36,248 bases of DNA, from IMG/VR virus record IMGVR_UViG_2778261316_000009; one strand, given 5' to 3'. How positions within the stretch are numbered: the stretch's first letter is position 1; each line of letters opens with the position of its first letter. The notes under the pieces were generated by a model. It was given only the letters and a program-made list of their open reading frames with translations, ran no database searches and was not told the origin of the DNA. Below, piece after piece: positions 26,181 through 35,882 of this stretch. A program made the position numbers and the translations under genes. The stretch is from a virus (taxonomy: Duplodnaviria; Heunggongvirae; Uroviricota; Caudoviricetes).

Positions 26181-27660
26181 CACCATTCCGTCGAATACGC
26201 TGGTTCCGCTGTTTTATGCGGAAATGGATAACCAGGCGGCGAATACTGCACAGGACAGCGGAGCATCGCTGCTGATTGGTCATGCCAATAACGGTGCAGA
26301 GATTGTTGCCAACAGTCTGGTGCTGATGCCGTCGGCAGACTATGCACGCCAGATTTGTGGTGCGGGAAGTCAGCTGGCGCGTATGGTCGAGGCTTATCGC
26401 CAGACCGACCCGTTTGGTGAGCTGTATGTGATTGCCGTTCCTGAATCCACGGGCGCGGCGGCAACGGTTACGCTGACGGTGACCGGGGCGGCAACCGAAA
26501 CCGGCACGGTTAATGTTTATGTGGGACGTACCCGCGTACAGGCACCGGTGACCAACGGCGATAACGTTGCGACGATTGCCAGCAGTATCAAAGATGCCAT
26601 CAATGCCGTTCCGGCCCTGCCGTTTACGGCTTCATCTTCGGCAGGCGTGGTCACACTGACCGCGCGTCATAAGGGGCTTTGCGGGAATGAAATTCCTGTC
26701 AGCCTCAATTACTACGGGTTTGGTGGGGGCGAAGTGCTGCCAGCGGGCGTACAGATTGCCGTGGCGACGGGTACCGCCGGAACGGGCGCTCCGGTTCTCA
26801 CCGGCGCGGTGGCTGCAATGGCGGATGAGCCGTTTGATTATATCGGCCTGCCGTTCAACGACACGGCCTCCGTTAACACGCTGGTGACCGAGATGAACGA
26901 TACCAGCGGTCGCTGGAGCTATGCGCGTCAGCTGTATGGTCATGTGTATACGGCAAAGATCGGCACGCTGTCAGAACTGGTGACCGCAGGTGACCAGTTT
27001 AACCAGCAGCACATTACCCTGGCGGGATACGAAAAAGACACTCAGACGCCAGCCGACGAGCTGGCGGCAAGCCGTACCGCCCGCGCAGCGGTGTTTATTC
27101 GCAACGATCCGGCACGTCCCACGCAGACCGGTGAGCTGGTGGGTATGCTGCCTGCGCCGAAGGGGAAACGGTTCACGATGACCGAGCAACAGACCCTGCT
27201 GTCTCATGGCGTGGCAACGGCGTATGTCGAAAGTGGGGTACTGCGCATTCAGCGTGATGTCACCACGTACAGGAAAAACGCTTACGGGGTTGCGGATAAC
27301 AGCTACCTCGACAGTGAGACGCTGCATACCAGCGCGTATGTACTGCGCAAACTGAAATCCGTCATTACCAGTAAGTACGGGCGTCACAAGCTTGCCAGTG
27401 ACGGTACCCGCTTTGGTCCCGGTCAGGCGATTGTCACCCCGGCGGTGATCAAAGGGGAACTGCTGGCAACCTACCGTCAGCTCGAGCGTGCGGGGATCGT
27501 GGAAAACTACGAACTGTTTAAGCAGTACCTGGTTGTGGAGCGTGATGCCAGCGATCCGAACCGCCTGAACACGCTGTTCCCGCCTGACTATGTTAACCAG
27601 TTGCGTGTCTTTGCCGTGGTTAACCAGTTCCGTCTTCAGTATTCAGAGGAGTCTGCATAA
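26164..27660 (+). CDS. contractile tail sheath protein (Mu gpL-like)
   Basis: 498 aa, followed by tube, chaperone and tape measure genes. Confidence 0.85.
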   Translation: MTISFNTIPSNTLVPLFYAEMDNQAANTAQDSGASLLIGHANNGAEIVANSLVLMPSADYARQICGAGSQLARMVEAYRQTDPFGELYVIAVPESTGAAATVTLTVTGAATETGTVNVYVGRTRVQAPVTNGDNVATIASSIKDAINAVPALPFTASSSAGVVTLTARHKGLCGNEIPVSLNYYGFGGGEVLPAGVQIAVATGTAGTGAPVLTGAVAAMADEPFDYIGLPFNDTASVNTLVTEMNDTSGRWSYARQLYGHVYTAKIGTLSELVTAGDQFNQQHITLAGYEKDTQTPADELAASRTARAAVFIRNDPARPTQTGELVGMLPAPKGKRFTMTEQQTLLSHGVATAYVESGVLRIQRDVTTYRKNAYGVADNSYLDSETLHTSAYVLRKLKSVITSKYGRHKLASDGTRFGPGQAIVTPAVIKGELLATYRQLERAGIVENYELFKQYLVVERDASDPNRLNTLFPPDYVNQLRVFAVVNQFRLQYSEESA

Positions 27661-28016
27661 TGGCCCGTATCGGGGGAACCTGTTATTTCAAAATTGACGG
27701 TCAGCAGCTATCGCTGACCGGCGGCATTGAGGTGCCCATGAACAAAACGGTTAACGATGACATCATCGGCCTGGACGGTTCAGTGGACCGCAAGGAAACT
27801 CACCGTGCACCTTATGTCAAAGGGACCTTCAAGGTGCCGAAGAATTTTCCGGTGAGCAAAATCACCTCGTCTGATGAGATGACCATCACTGCCGAGCTGG
27901 CGAACGGTCAGGTCTATGTACTGTCGTCTGCCTGGCTGCACGGCGAAGCGAACCATAATGCCGAAGAAGGCACGGTCGATCTTGAGTTCCACGGTGAAGA
28001 AGGGGATTACCAGTAA
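27660..28016 (+). CDS. tail tube protein (Mu gpM-like)
   Basis: 118 aa, TAATG coupling to the sheath gene. Confidence 0.8.
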   Translation: MARIGGTCYFKIDGQQLSLTGGIEVPMNKTVNDDIIGLDGSVDRKETHRAPYVKGTFKVPKNFPVSKITSSDEMTITAELANGQVYVLSSAWLHGEANHNAEEGTVDLEFHGEEGDYQ

Positions 28017-28285
28017 TGAAAGAGCTTGAGTTAAAGAAACCGATTACCGCTCATGGCGAGACACTCTCCGTACTGGAGTTTGATGAGCCCACCGGGAAAG
28101 ATGTCCGCGAGCTGGGATATCCCTACCAGATGAATCAGGATGAGTCCGTCAGACTTCTGGCGCATGTGGTATCGAAATACATCGTGCGGCTGGCGAAAGT
28201 GCCGCAAAGCTCTGTCGACCAGATGTCTCCGGCAGACCTGAATGCAGCGGCGTGGCTTGTGGCCGGTTTTTTCCTCCAGGCCTGA
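28016..28285 (+). CDS. tail assembly chaperone; a predicted -1 frameshift product extends to 28434
   Basis: slippery heptamer T_TTT_TTC at 28267-28273 in the zero frame; the -1 frame ORF runs to the tape measure start. Confidence 0.7.
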   Translation: MKELELKKPITAHGETLSVLEFDEPTGKDVRELGYPYQMNQDESVRLLAHVVSKYIVRLAKVPQSSVDQMSPADLNAAAWLVAGFFLQA

Positions 28286-28426
28286 CGGCTGAATACCTCA
28301 CTGATCGCTTCTTTGACTGCGCCAGTTACTGGCGCATTAATCCCTTCGAATTGCTGAATATGCCGATCAGTGAAATTCCCTTGCTGGTCAGTCAGGCAAA
28401 CAGGATAGAGCAGGAGAAACGCACAC

Positions 28427-30262
28427 ATGGCTGAATTTGAGCTTAAGGCGTTGATCACCGGTGTCGACAGGCTTTCTCCCGCGCTGTCGAAAATGCAAAA
28501 GAAAATCCGGGGATTTAAACGCCAGGCGGAAGAAGCGTCACAGGGTGGGCTGGCGCTTGGTGGCGGACTGGCAGCGGGTCTGACGCTTTCCCTGAAATCT
28601 TATGCCGATCAGGAAAACGCCGCCACCGGGCTGAAAGTCGCCATGATGGATGCGAACGGCGAGGTTGGAAAGAGCTTTCAGGACATCAATAAACTGGCTA
28701 TTGGCCTGGGTAACCAGCTACCCGGTACAACGGCTGATTTCCAGAACATGATGCAGATGCTGGTGCGTCAGGGGATCCCGGCAGAAAACATTCTTGGTGG
28801 TGTGGGTAAAGCGACAGCTTATCTTGCGGTACAACTGAAAAAAACACCGGAAGCGGCTGCTGAGTTTGCTGCAAAGATGCAGGATGCTACCGGAACGGCG
28901 TCAGAAGACATGATGGGGCTGTTCGACACTATCCAGAAGGCGTTTTATCTGGGCGTTGACGATACCAACATGTTGTCCTTCTTCACTAAAACCAGTTCTG
29001 TTCTGAAGATGGTGAACAAGGACGGTCTTCAGGCTGCACAGAGCCTTGCCCCCATCAGCGTCATGATGGATCAGATGGGGATGAACGGGGAGTCGGCAGG
29101 TAATGCCCTGCGAAAAGTTATCCAGTCCGGATTAAGCGTTAAGAAAATCAGGGACGTCAATAAAGTCATGGCCCGCCAGAGACTCGGGGTACAGCTCGAT
29201 TTTACTGACGGCAAAGGAAGTTTTGGCGGTCTTGATAACATGTTCAGGCAACTGGCAAAGCTGCGAAAACTGACCGACGTTAAGCGAACAGGTGTACTTA
29301 AGGCAATATTTGGTGATGATGCCGAAACCCTTCAGGTGGTCAATGCACTAATCGATAAAGGAAAGGATGGCTACGATCAGATCCAGCAGAAGATGAATAA
29401 ACAGGCCAGCCTGAATAAACGTGTTCAGGCACAGCTTGGTACGCTGTCCAACCTGTGGGAGGCAATGACGGGGACCGCAACTAACGGCCTTGCGGCTATT
29501 GGCGGCGCATTTTCTGGTGACGCCAAAAATATCACGCAATGGCTGGGGGAGTTGGGGGAAAAATTCACGAAGTTTGCGGATGAAAATCCCCGGGTTATTC
29601 GCGGCGTCGTCGGGCTTGCTGCCGGTCTTGCGATTCTGAAACTGGGATTGATGGGCGTGGGCAGTGCCATCAGTATCGTCAGCAGGATCATGTCGATGAC
29701 GCCGATTGGCATGATTGCGACGGCGATTGCCCTGGCTGCGGGATTAATTATCACTAACTGGGATGTTGTTGGACCTTATTTCAAGAAGCTCTGGGAAACC
29801 ATTGGTCCTTATTTTGAGGCTGGCTGGGAACTTCTGAAGAAGGTTTTTGCCTGGTCGCCGCTGGGGATGGTAATCAATAACTGGGGACCGGTTGTTAAGT
29901 GGTTTCAGGATATGTGGGACAAGCTGAAGCCAATTATTGAGTGGTTTACCGACAGTTCCGGTGACACGGTCGATGCCATTAACTCTGCGCAGTGGGGCGC
30001 GGGTGCTTATGATGCTTATGGGACGGGAATACCGGCGCGGGGATACACACCTTATCCGGCGGTAGATCCGGCTCAGTCAAACAACGCCTCCGATGCTACA
30101 GGCCCGAATCCCTTCATGATTAACAAAGCTTCTGCGCCAAAAGTTGACGGTGAGATCAAGGTCTCTTTTGTGAATTTGCCTCCGGGTATGCGGGTTATGG
30201 AAACGCGATCCAGCGGTTTTGATATAAATCACGATGTTGGCTATACGCATATTGGCAGATGA
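28427..30262 (+). CDS. tail tape measure protein
   Basis: 611 aa, Ala/Gly-rich with TM-like segments, downstream of the chaperone. Confidence 0.85.
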   Translation: MAEFELKALITGVDRLSPALSKMQKKIRGFKRQAEEASQGGLALGGGLAAGLTLSLKSYADQENAATGLKVAMMDANGEVGKSFQDINKLAIGLGNQLPGTTADFQNMMQMLVRQGIPAENILGGVGKATAYLAVQLKKTPEAAAEFAAKMQDATGTASEDMMGLFDTIQKAFYLGVDDTNMLSFFTKTSSVLKMVNKDGLQAAQSLAPISVMMDQMGMNGESAGNALRKVIQSGLSVKKIRDVNKVMARQRLGVQLDFTDGKGSFGGLDNMFRQLAKLRKLTDVKRTGVLKAIFGDDAETLQVVNALIDKGKDGYDQIQQKMNKQASLNKRVQAQLGTLSNLWEAMTGTATNGLAAIGGAFSGDAKNITQWLGELGEKFTKFADENPRVIRGVVGLAAGLAILKLGLMGVGSAISIVSRIMSMTPIGMIATAIALAAGLIITNWDVVGPYFKKLWETIGPYFEAGWELLKKVFAWSPLGMVINNWGPVVKWFQDMWDKLKPIIEWFTDSSGDTVDAINSAQWGAGAYDAYGTGIPARGYTPYPAVDPAQSNNASDATGPNPFMINKASAPKVDGEIKVSFVNLPPGMRVMETRSSGFDINHDVGYTHIGR

Positions 30263-30278
30263 CGGAACCAGATATAAT
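30252..30278 (+). promoter_or_regulatory. candidate promoter for the tail-module moron
   Basis: TTGGCA (30252-30257), 15-bp spacer, consensus TATAAT (30273-30278). Confidence 0.4.
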
Positions 30279-30314
30279 TTGTCTTTAAGTTTGTTATCAA
30301 CTGAAGGGAAATCT

Positions 30315-30692
30315 ATGGGTCTGTTACATGCCATTATAGGTAATGCCGGTGAAATTAATGCATCAGATGCACAACAGGAATTAGGGGCTGTTTTAGGTGA
30401 GGGAGAAAATGTCGAACTTGCCTATAAACTCATTCGTGACCAAATTATTCTGACTAACAGAAGGTTAATTTTTATTGATAAGCAGGGTGTCACAGGGAAA
30501 AAAGTAGAGTATCGTTCGATTCCTTATAAATCTGTGACAAACTTTTCTATTGAAACCGCCGGGCATCTTGATCTTGATGCTGAAATGAAGATATGGATTT
30601 CTGGTATTGCAGAACCGATAAAAAAACAGTTCAGTAAAGGAGCAAACATTTATAAATTGCAGGCTCATCTGGCTCAAAAAATAGCAGGGTAA
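30315..30692 (+). CDS. moron: small bacterial PH-domain-like protein
   Basis: AT-rich 125-aa ORF with AAGGGA RBS and its own terminator, inserted between tape measure and gp43-like genes; LIFIDKQGVTGKKVEYRSIPYKSVTNFSIE resembles bacterial PH domains, a weak call. Confidence 0.55.
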   Translation: MGLLHAIIGNAGEINASDAQQELGAVLGEGENVELAYKLIRDQIILTNRRLIFIDKQGVTGKKVEYRSIPYKSVTNFSIETAGHLDLDAEMKIWISGIAEPIKKQFSKGANIYKLQAHLAQKIAG

Positions 30693-30715
30693 ACCTTACA
30701 TTAATTTATGTCTTT

Positions 30716-30741
30716 CATGCCCACTTCGGTGGGCTTTTTTA
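30716..30741 (+). terminator. rho-independent terminator after the moron
   Basis: GCCCAC-TTCG-GTGGGC followed by T6. Confidence 0.7.
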
Positions 30742-30755
30742 TATCCGGAGTTTAT

Positions 30756-32210
30756 ATGACGTGGAAAGACAGGCTTCAGGACGCGTCATTTCGCGGTGTG
30801 CCGTTTAAGGTTGAAGAAGAAAGTGCGGGAACAGGTCGCCGTGTGGAAACACACGAATATCCGAACCGCGACAAACCCTATACCGAAGATCTGGGAAAAG
30901 TCACTTTCCGCCCGTCCATCACGGCTTATGTGGTGGGCGATGACTGCTTTGACCAGCGCGATCGCCTGATTGACGCGCTGAATAAACCCGGTCCCGGCAC
31001 GCTTGTCCACCCGACTTACGGTGAGCTGAAAGTCTGTGTTGACGGAGAGGTTCGGGTCAGCACATCGAAAAGTGAAGGGCGTATTGTCCGCTTTGACCTG
31101 AAGTTTGTCGAAGCGGGAGAACTCTCTTACCCCACATCAGGTGCGGCGACGGCGCAGACGCTGATGTCATCCTGTTCTGCACTGGATGACTGCATCAGTG
31201 ACAGCTTCAGCGGTTTCAGTATCGATGGTGTGGCGGATTTCGTGCAGAACGACGTTATCGGTAATGCCAGCATAATGCTGGGGTATGTTTCTGATGCGAT
31301 GAAAGTGGTGGATTCTGCCGTATCGGATGCCGCCAGGCTGTTGCAGGGGGATATCTCGGTACTTCTGCCGCCGCCATCGTCAGGCAAAAATTTCGTTGAG
31401 CAGGTGCAGAAAATGTGGCGTACCGGGAAACGCCTTTATGGTAACGCCAGCGACCTGGTCACCATGATCAAAACGCTTTCCGGTGTCAGCCTCGGCAGCG
31501 ATCTGCAACCGCGCGGCGTCTGGAAAACGGACAGTAAAACCACCGCCACGGCGACGCAGCAGCGTAACGTGGTTGCCAGCACCCTTCGTGCGACCGCAAT
31601 CAGCGAAGCGGCGTATGCCGTCACCCGATTGCCTGCGCCAACAACTTCCGCGGTGATGCAGAATGCCGCAGTGGGGCAGTCAACAACTTCCGCGGTGATG
31701 CAGAATGCCGCAGTGGGGCAGTCAACAACTTCCGCGGTGATGCAGAATGCCGCAGTGGGGCAGTCAACAACTTCCGCGGTGATGCAGAATGCCGCAGTGG
31801 GGCAGTCAACAACTTCCGCGCAGAGCACCGGCTGGCCTTCCGTCACGCATCCGGCACTGAACAATGCACCGGCGGTGAAAAACACGGTTGACCTGCCAAC
31901 GTGGGAAGAACTGACTGACATTCGCGACACACTGAATACGGCAATTGATAAGGAGTTGTCCCGTACAACCAGTGATGCGCTGTTTCTGGCGCTGCGCCGG
32001 GTGAAAGCAGATCTGAATGCGGATATCAACACGCGCCTTGAACAGTCTGCTCGGATCATTCAGCGCACGCCGGATGAGGTCTTACCCGCGCTGGTGCTGG
32101 CGGCGACCTGGTTTGATAACGCGGCGCGTGACGCGGACATTATCCGGCGTAATGCCATTACGCATCCCGGCTTTGTGCCGGTGATCCCTCTGAAGGTGCC
32201 AGTGCAATGA
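30756..32210 (+). CDS. Mu N / gp43-like DNA circularisation protein with an internal tandem repeat
   Basis: MTWKDRLQDASFRGVPFKVEEE start typical of the DNA circularisation N-terminal domain; CCGGAG RBS. Confidence 0.75.
   Translation: MTWKDRLQDASFRGVPFKVEEESAGTGRRVETHEYPNRDKPYTEDLGKVTFRPSITAYVVGDDCFDQRDRLIDALNKPGPGTLVHPTYGELKVCVDGEVRVSTSKSEGRIVRFDLKFVEAGELSYPTSGAATAQTLMSSCSALDDCISDSFSGFSIDGVADFVQNDVIGNASIMLGYVSDAMKVVDSAVSDAARLLQGDISVLLPPPSSGKNFVEQVQKMWRTGKRLYGNASDLVTMIKTLSGVSLGSDLQPRGVWKTDSKTTATATQQRNVVASTLRATAISEAAYAVTRLPAPTTSAVMQNAAVGQSTTSAVMQNAAVGQSTTSAVMQNAAVGQSTTSAVMQNAAVGQSTTSAQSTGWPSVTHPALNNAPAVKNTVDLPTWEELTDIRDTLNTAIDKELSRTTSDALFLALRRVKADLNADINTRLEQSARIIQRTPDEVLPALVLAATWFDNAARDADIIRRNAITHPGFVPVIPLKVPVQ
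31641..31820 (+). repeat. perfect 42-bp tandem repeat, four copies plus a partial, in frame (TTSAVMQNAAVGQS)
   Basis: identical units starting at 31641, 31683, 31725 and 31767. Confidence 0.9.
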
Positions 32211-33286
32211 ACGATAACGTCACGCTACGGGTAAATGGCCGGGAGTGGAATGGCTGGACATCGGTGCGCATCGGTGCCGGTATTGAACGGCTGGCGCGGG
32301 ATTTCAGCGTGGAGATCACCCGCCAGTGGCCGGGAGATGAGGGTATCACCACGCTTCAGCCGCGCATTAAAAATGGTTCAAAAGTGGAAGTGCTGATTGG
32401 TGATGAGCTGGTGATCACCGGCTGGGTGGAGGCGACCCCCGTTCGTTACGATGCCCGTTCGGTCAGCACCGGTATTGCCGGACGTAGTCTGACGGCTGAC
32501 CTGATTGACTGTGCAGCCGAACCGACACAGTTTAACGGACGCTCGCTGGTGCAGATTGCGCAGGCGCTTGCTGCGCCTTTCGGCATTGAGGTGGTGAACA
32601 GCGATGCGCCGTCGGGTGTTATTCCGGATGTCCAGCCTGATCACGGTGAAACGGTGATCGAGGTGATCAACAAAATACTCGGTCAGCAGCAGGCGCTGGC
32701 TTATGACGACCCGCACGGCAGGCTGGTGATTGGTGGTATTGGCTCAACGCGGGCACATACCGCGCTGGTACTTGGGGAAAACATCCTTTCCTGTGATACG
32801 GAGAAGAGTATCCGGGAGCGGTTTTCAGTTTACCAGGTGGCGGGGCAGCGTGCCGGAAACGACGATGATTTCGGTGAGGCCACCACCACCGCGCTGCGGG
32901 CCCGCACAGAGGACGCATTTATTGCCCGTTACCGTCCGATGTATATCAGGCAGACAGGGCAGGCTACGGGGGCAGGCTGTATTGCCCGTGCGGACTTTGA
33001 AGCCCGACAACGGGCGGCGCGGACGGATGAAACCACCTATGTGGTGCAGGGCTGGCGACAGGGTAACGGTACGCTGTGGCAGCCCAACCAGCGGGTGATT
33101 GTCTTTGATCCGGTCTGTGGTTTCGACAATACCGAACTGCTTGTTTCGGAAGTCACGTTTACTCAGGACCAGAACGGCACCCTGACGGAAATCCGTGTCG
33201 GCCCACCTGATGCTTATCTGCCTGAACCCGAAGCCCCCGGCGCGCGGAAAAAGAAAAAAGCCAGAGTACAGGAGGAGCCGTTCTGA
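32207..33286 (+). CDS. Mu P / gp44-like baseplate hub protein
   Basis: 359 aa, ATGA coupling, position after the gp43-like gene. Confidence 0.7.
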   Translation: MNDNVTLRVNGREWNGWTSVRIGAGIERLARDFSVEITRQWPGDEGITTLQPRIKNGSKVEVLIGDELVITGWVEATPVRYDARSVSTGIAGRSLTADLIDCAAEPTQFNGRSLVQIAQALAAPFGIEVVNSDAPSGVIPDVQPDHGETVIEVINKILGQQQALAYDDPHGRLVIGGIGSTRAHTALVLGENILSCDTEKSIRERFSVYQVAGQRAGNDDDFGEATTTALRARTEDAFIARYRPMYIRQTGQATGAGCIARADFEARQRAARTDETTYVVQGWRQGNGTLWQPNQRVIVFDPVCGFDNTELLVSEVTFTQDQNGTLTEIRVGPPDAYLPEPEAPGARKKKKARVQEEPF

Positions 33287-33834
33287 TGAGGACGATTGAA
33301 GCCATGCAGCGACAACTCCTCGGCCTGATTGGGCGGGCCGTGGTGAAAAGCATCAGTGCCGCCACGAAATGTCAGACCGTGGATGTGTCCCTGATTGCCG
33401 GTGAACCCAAAGCCGGGGTTGAACATCTTGAACCCTACGGTTTTACCGCAAGGGCAAACAGCGGTGCGGAAGCGGTGGTGTTGTTTCCGGATGGCGACCG
33501 TTCTCATGCGGTGGTTGTTACGGTGTCGGACCGTCGCTACCGCCTGAAAGGGCTGCAAACGGGGGAGGTGGCTGTCTATGACGATCAGGGGCAGTCCGTG
33601 ACGCTGACCAGGGAGGGGATCGTGGTGGACGGTGCAGGTAAAACGATCACGTTTCGCAATGCGCCCAGAGCACGCTTTGAAATGGACCTGGAAGTGACAG
33701 GACAGGTGAAAGACCTGTGCGACTCCGGCGGCACCACCATGTCAGCGATGCGGCTTGCCTATAACGGGCATCGTCACAGAGAGAACGGTCAGGGAAGTAA
33801 CACCGACAAACCTGATAAAGCGATGGAGGCATGA
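33286..33834 (+). CDS. baseplate assembly protein V / spike (Mu gp45-like)
   Basis: LEPYGFTARANSGAEAVVLFPDGDRSHAVVVTVSDRRYR matches the phage baseplate V family pattern. Confidence 0.75.
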   Translation: MRTIEAMQRQLLGLIGRAVVKSISAATKCQTVDVSLIAGEPKAGVEHLEPYGFTARANSGAEAVVLFPDGDRSHAVVVTVSDRRYRLKGLQTGEVAVYDDQGQSVTLTREGIVVDGAGKTITFRNAPRARFEMDLEVTGQVKDLCDSGGTTMSAMRLAYNGHRHRENGQGSNTDKPDKAMEA

Positions 33835-34259
33835 TGGAACTGTGGCTGACGGTGAACGGTAAACGCACCTGCGCCAGCGCACCGCTGGATCCGCTGCCCC
33901 GCGCCGTGGTGATTTCCCTGTTCACCTGGCGGCGGGCGGAGCCTGATGACAACGCCGACGTCCCGATGGGATGGTGGGGGGATACCTGGCCTGCGGTACA
34001 GAATGACCGTTACGGCTCCCGACTGTGGCTGCTTCAGCGCAGCAAACTGACCAATCAGCTGGTGCAGACGGTAAGGGGGTATATCCGCGAATGCCTGCAA
34101 TGGATGATTGATGACGGCGTGGTGTCCCGTATTGATCTGGATATCCGCCGCACCGGGATTAATGAGCTTGGTAACAGTATCACTCTCTGGCGTCGTGACG
34201 GACCGGTAATGATTTCTTTTGATGATCTGTGGAGTGCGATAACGCATGGCGGACAGTGA
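33831..34259 (+). CDS. Mu gp46-like baseplate protein
   Basis: 142 aa, position and ATGA coupling. Confidence 0.65.
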   Translation: MMELWLTVNGKRTCASAPLDPLPRAVVISLFTWRRAEPDDNADVPMGWWGDTWPAVQNDRYGSRLWLLQRSKLTNQLVQTVRGYIRECLQWMIDDGVVSRIDLDIRRTGINELGNSITLWRRDGPVMISFDDLWSAITHGGQ

Positions 34260-35304
34260 ATTTCAGCGCCCGACGCTGGCAGAAAATATCAGTATGCTCC
34301 GTAACGATTTATTCGCCAGGCTGGACGTCAGCGACACGCTCCGGCGCATGGATGAAGACGTGCGGGCAAAGGTGTATGCGGCGGCGCTGCATACGGTTTA
34401 CGGGTACATCGATTATCTGGCAATGAATATGCTGCCTGACCTGTGCGATGAGTCCTGGCTGGCGCGACATGCTGCGATGAAACGGTGTCCGCGCAAGGGG
34501 GCCACGGCTGCCAGCGGGTATATGCGCTGGGAAGGTGTCAGCGATGGCCTGAAGGTGACTGCCGGGAGCGTGATTCAGCGCGATGACCTGGTTCAGTACA
34601 CGGCAACTGCCGATGCAACCAGCTCCGGTGGTGTCCTGCGTGTGCCGATCACTTGCTCAACTACAGGCGCGGTCGGTAACGCTGACGACGGTACGGCATT
34701 AATCCTGGTCACGCCGGTGAATGGTCTGCCGTCTTCCGGTGTTGCAGATACCCTGACTGGCGGATTCGATACTGAAGATCTGGAAACGTGGCGCGCCCGC
34801 GTCATTGAGCGGTATTACTGGACGCCGCAGGGCGGGGCTGACGGGGACTATGTCGTCTGGGCTAAAGAAGTGCCCGGCATTACCCGCGCATGGACATACC
34901 GTCACTGGATGGGAACGGGAACTGTCGGTGTGATGATTGCCAGCAGTGACCTGATTAATCCCATTCCGGAAGAATCAACGGAAACGGCGGCAAGACAACA
35001 TATCGTGCCACTGGCCCCGGTGGCAGGCTCTGATTTGTATGTGTTCAGGCCGGTGGCACATACGGTGGATTTTCATATCCGCGTGACGCCGGACACACCG
35101 GAAATACGGGCTGCCATCACCGCGGAGTTGCGTTCGTTCCTGCTGCGTGATGGTTATCCGCAGGGAGAACTGAAGGTATCGCGTATCAGTGAGGCGATTT
35201 CCGGTGCGAACGGGGAATACAGCCATCAGTTGTTTGCACCGGCAGACAATATCTCCATTGCAAAAAATGAACTGGCGGTACTGGGGACGATTTCATGGAC
35301 GTGA
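34246..35304 (+). CDS. baseplate J-like protein (Mu gp47-like)
   Basis: 352 aa, position. Confidence 0.75.
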   Translation: MADSEFQRPTLAENISMLRNDLFARLDVSDTLRRMDEDVRAKVYAAALHTVYGYIDYLAMNMLPDLCDESWLARHAAMKRCPRKGATAASGYMRWEGVSDGLKVTAGSVIQRDDLVQYTATADATSSGGVLRVPITCSTTGAVGNADDGTALILVTPVNGLPSSGVADTLTGGFDTEDLETWRARVIERYYWTPQGGADGDYVVWAKEVPGITRAWTYRHWMGTGTVGVMIASSDLINPIPEESTETAARQHIVPLAPVAGSDLYVFRPVAHTVDFHIRVTPDTPEIRAAITAELRSFLLRDGYPQGELKVSRISEAISGANGEYSHQLFAPADNISIAKNELAVLGTISWT

Positions 35305-35879
35305 CAAACGATGATTACATCCGTCTGTTGTCGGCACTGTTGCCCCCCGGTCCGGCGTGGTCAGCCAGCGATCCGGCGATTGCCGGTGCGGCACCGTCAT
35401 TAACCCGCGTTCATCAGCGTGCGGATGCCCTGATGCGGGAGCTGGATCCGCGCACCACCACCGAACTGATAAATCGCTGGGAGCGTCTGTGCGGCCTGCC
35501 GGATGAATGTATTCCCGCAGGGACACAGACCCTTCGCCAGCGTCAGCAACGACTGGATGCGAAGGTTAACCTGGCGGGCGGCATCAATGAGGATTTTTAC
35601 CTTGCACAGCTTGCTGCCCTGGGCAGACCAGACGCCACCATCACGCGATACGACAAAAGCACGTTCACCTGCTCATCGGCCTGTACTGACGCGGTGAATG
35701 CGCCGGAATGGCGGTATTACTGGCAGGTCAACATGCCAGCCGCCACCAACACCACCTGGATGACATGTGGCGATCCCTGTGATTCCGCACTGCGTATCTG
35801 GGGCGACACCGTTGTCGAGTGTGTGCTTAACAAACTCTGCCCGTCGCATACCTACGTAATTTTTAAATATCCGGAGTAA
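35295..35879 (+). CDS. ymfQ: DUF2313 tail protein (Mu gp48 / YmfQ-like)
   Basis: 194 aa, Cys-containing C-terminal region; position between the baseplate J and tail fibre genes as in e14. Confidence 0.65.
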   Translation: MDVTNDDYIRLLSALLPPGPAWSASDPAIAGAAPSLTRVHQRADALMRELDPRTTTELINRWERLCGLPDECIPAGTQTLRQRQQRLDAKVNLAGGINEDFYLAQLAALGRPDATITRYDKSTFTCSSACTDAVNAPEWRYYWQVNMPAATNTTWMTCGDPCDSALRIWGDTVVECVLNKLCPSHTYVIFKYPE

Positions 35880-35882
35880 TCC

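Noticed and set aside
31621-31820. CRISPR array suggested by the perfect 42-bp direct repeats
   Set aside because: The repeats are contiguous with no spacers, lie in frame inside a tail gene, and no cas genes are present.
31436-32059. 207-aa minus-strand ORF, and the 63-aa ORF at 31621-31812
   Set aside because: Antisense to the gp43-like gene and created by the tandem repeat; repetitive low-complexity translation.
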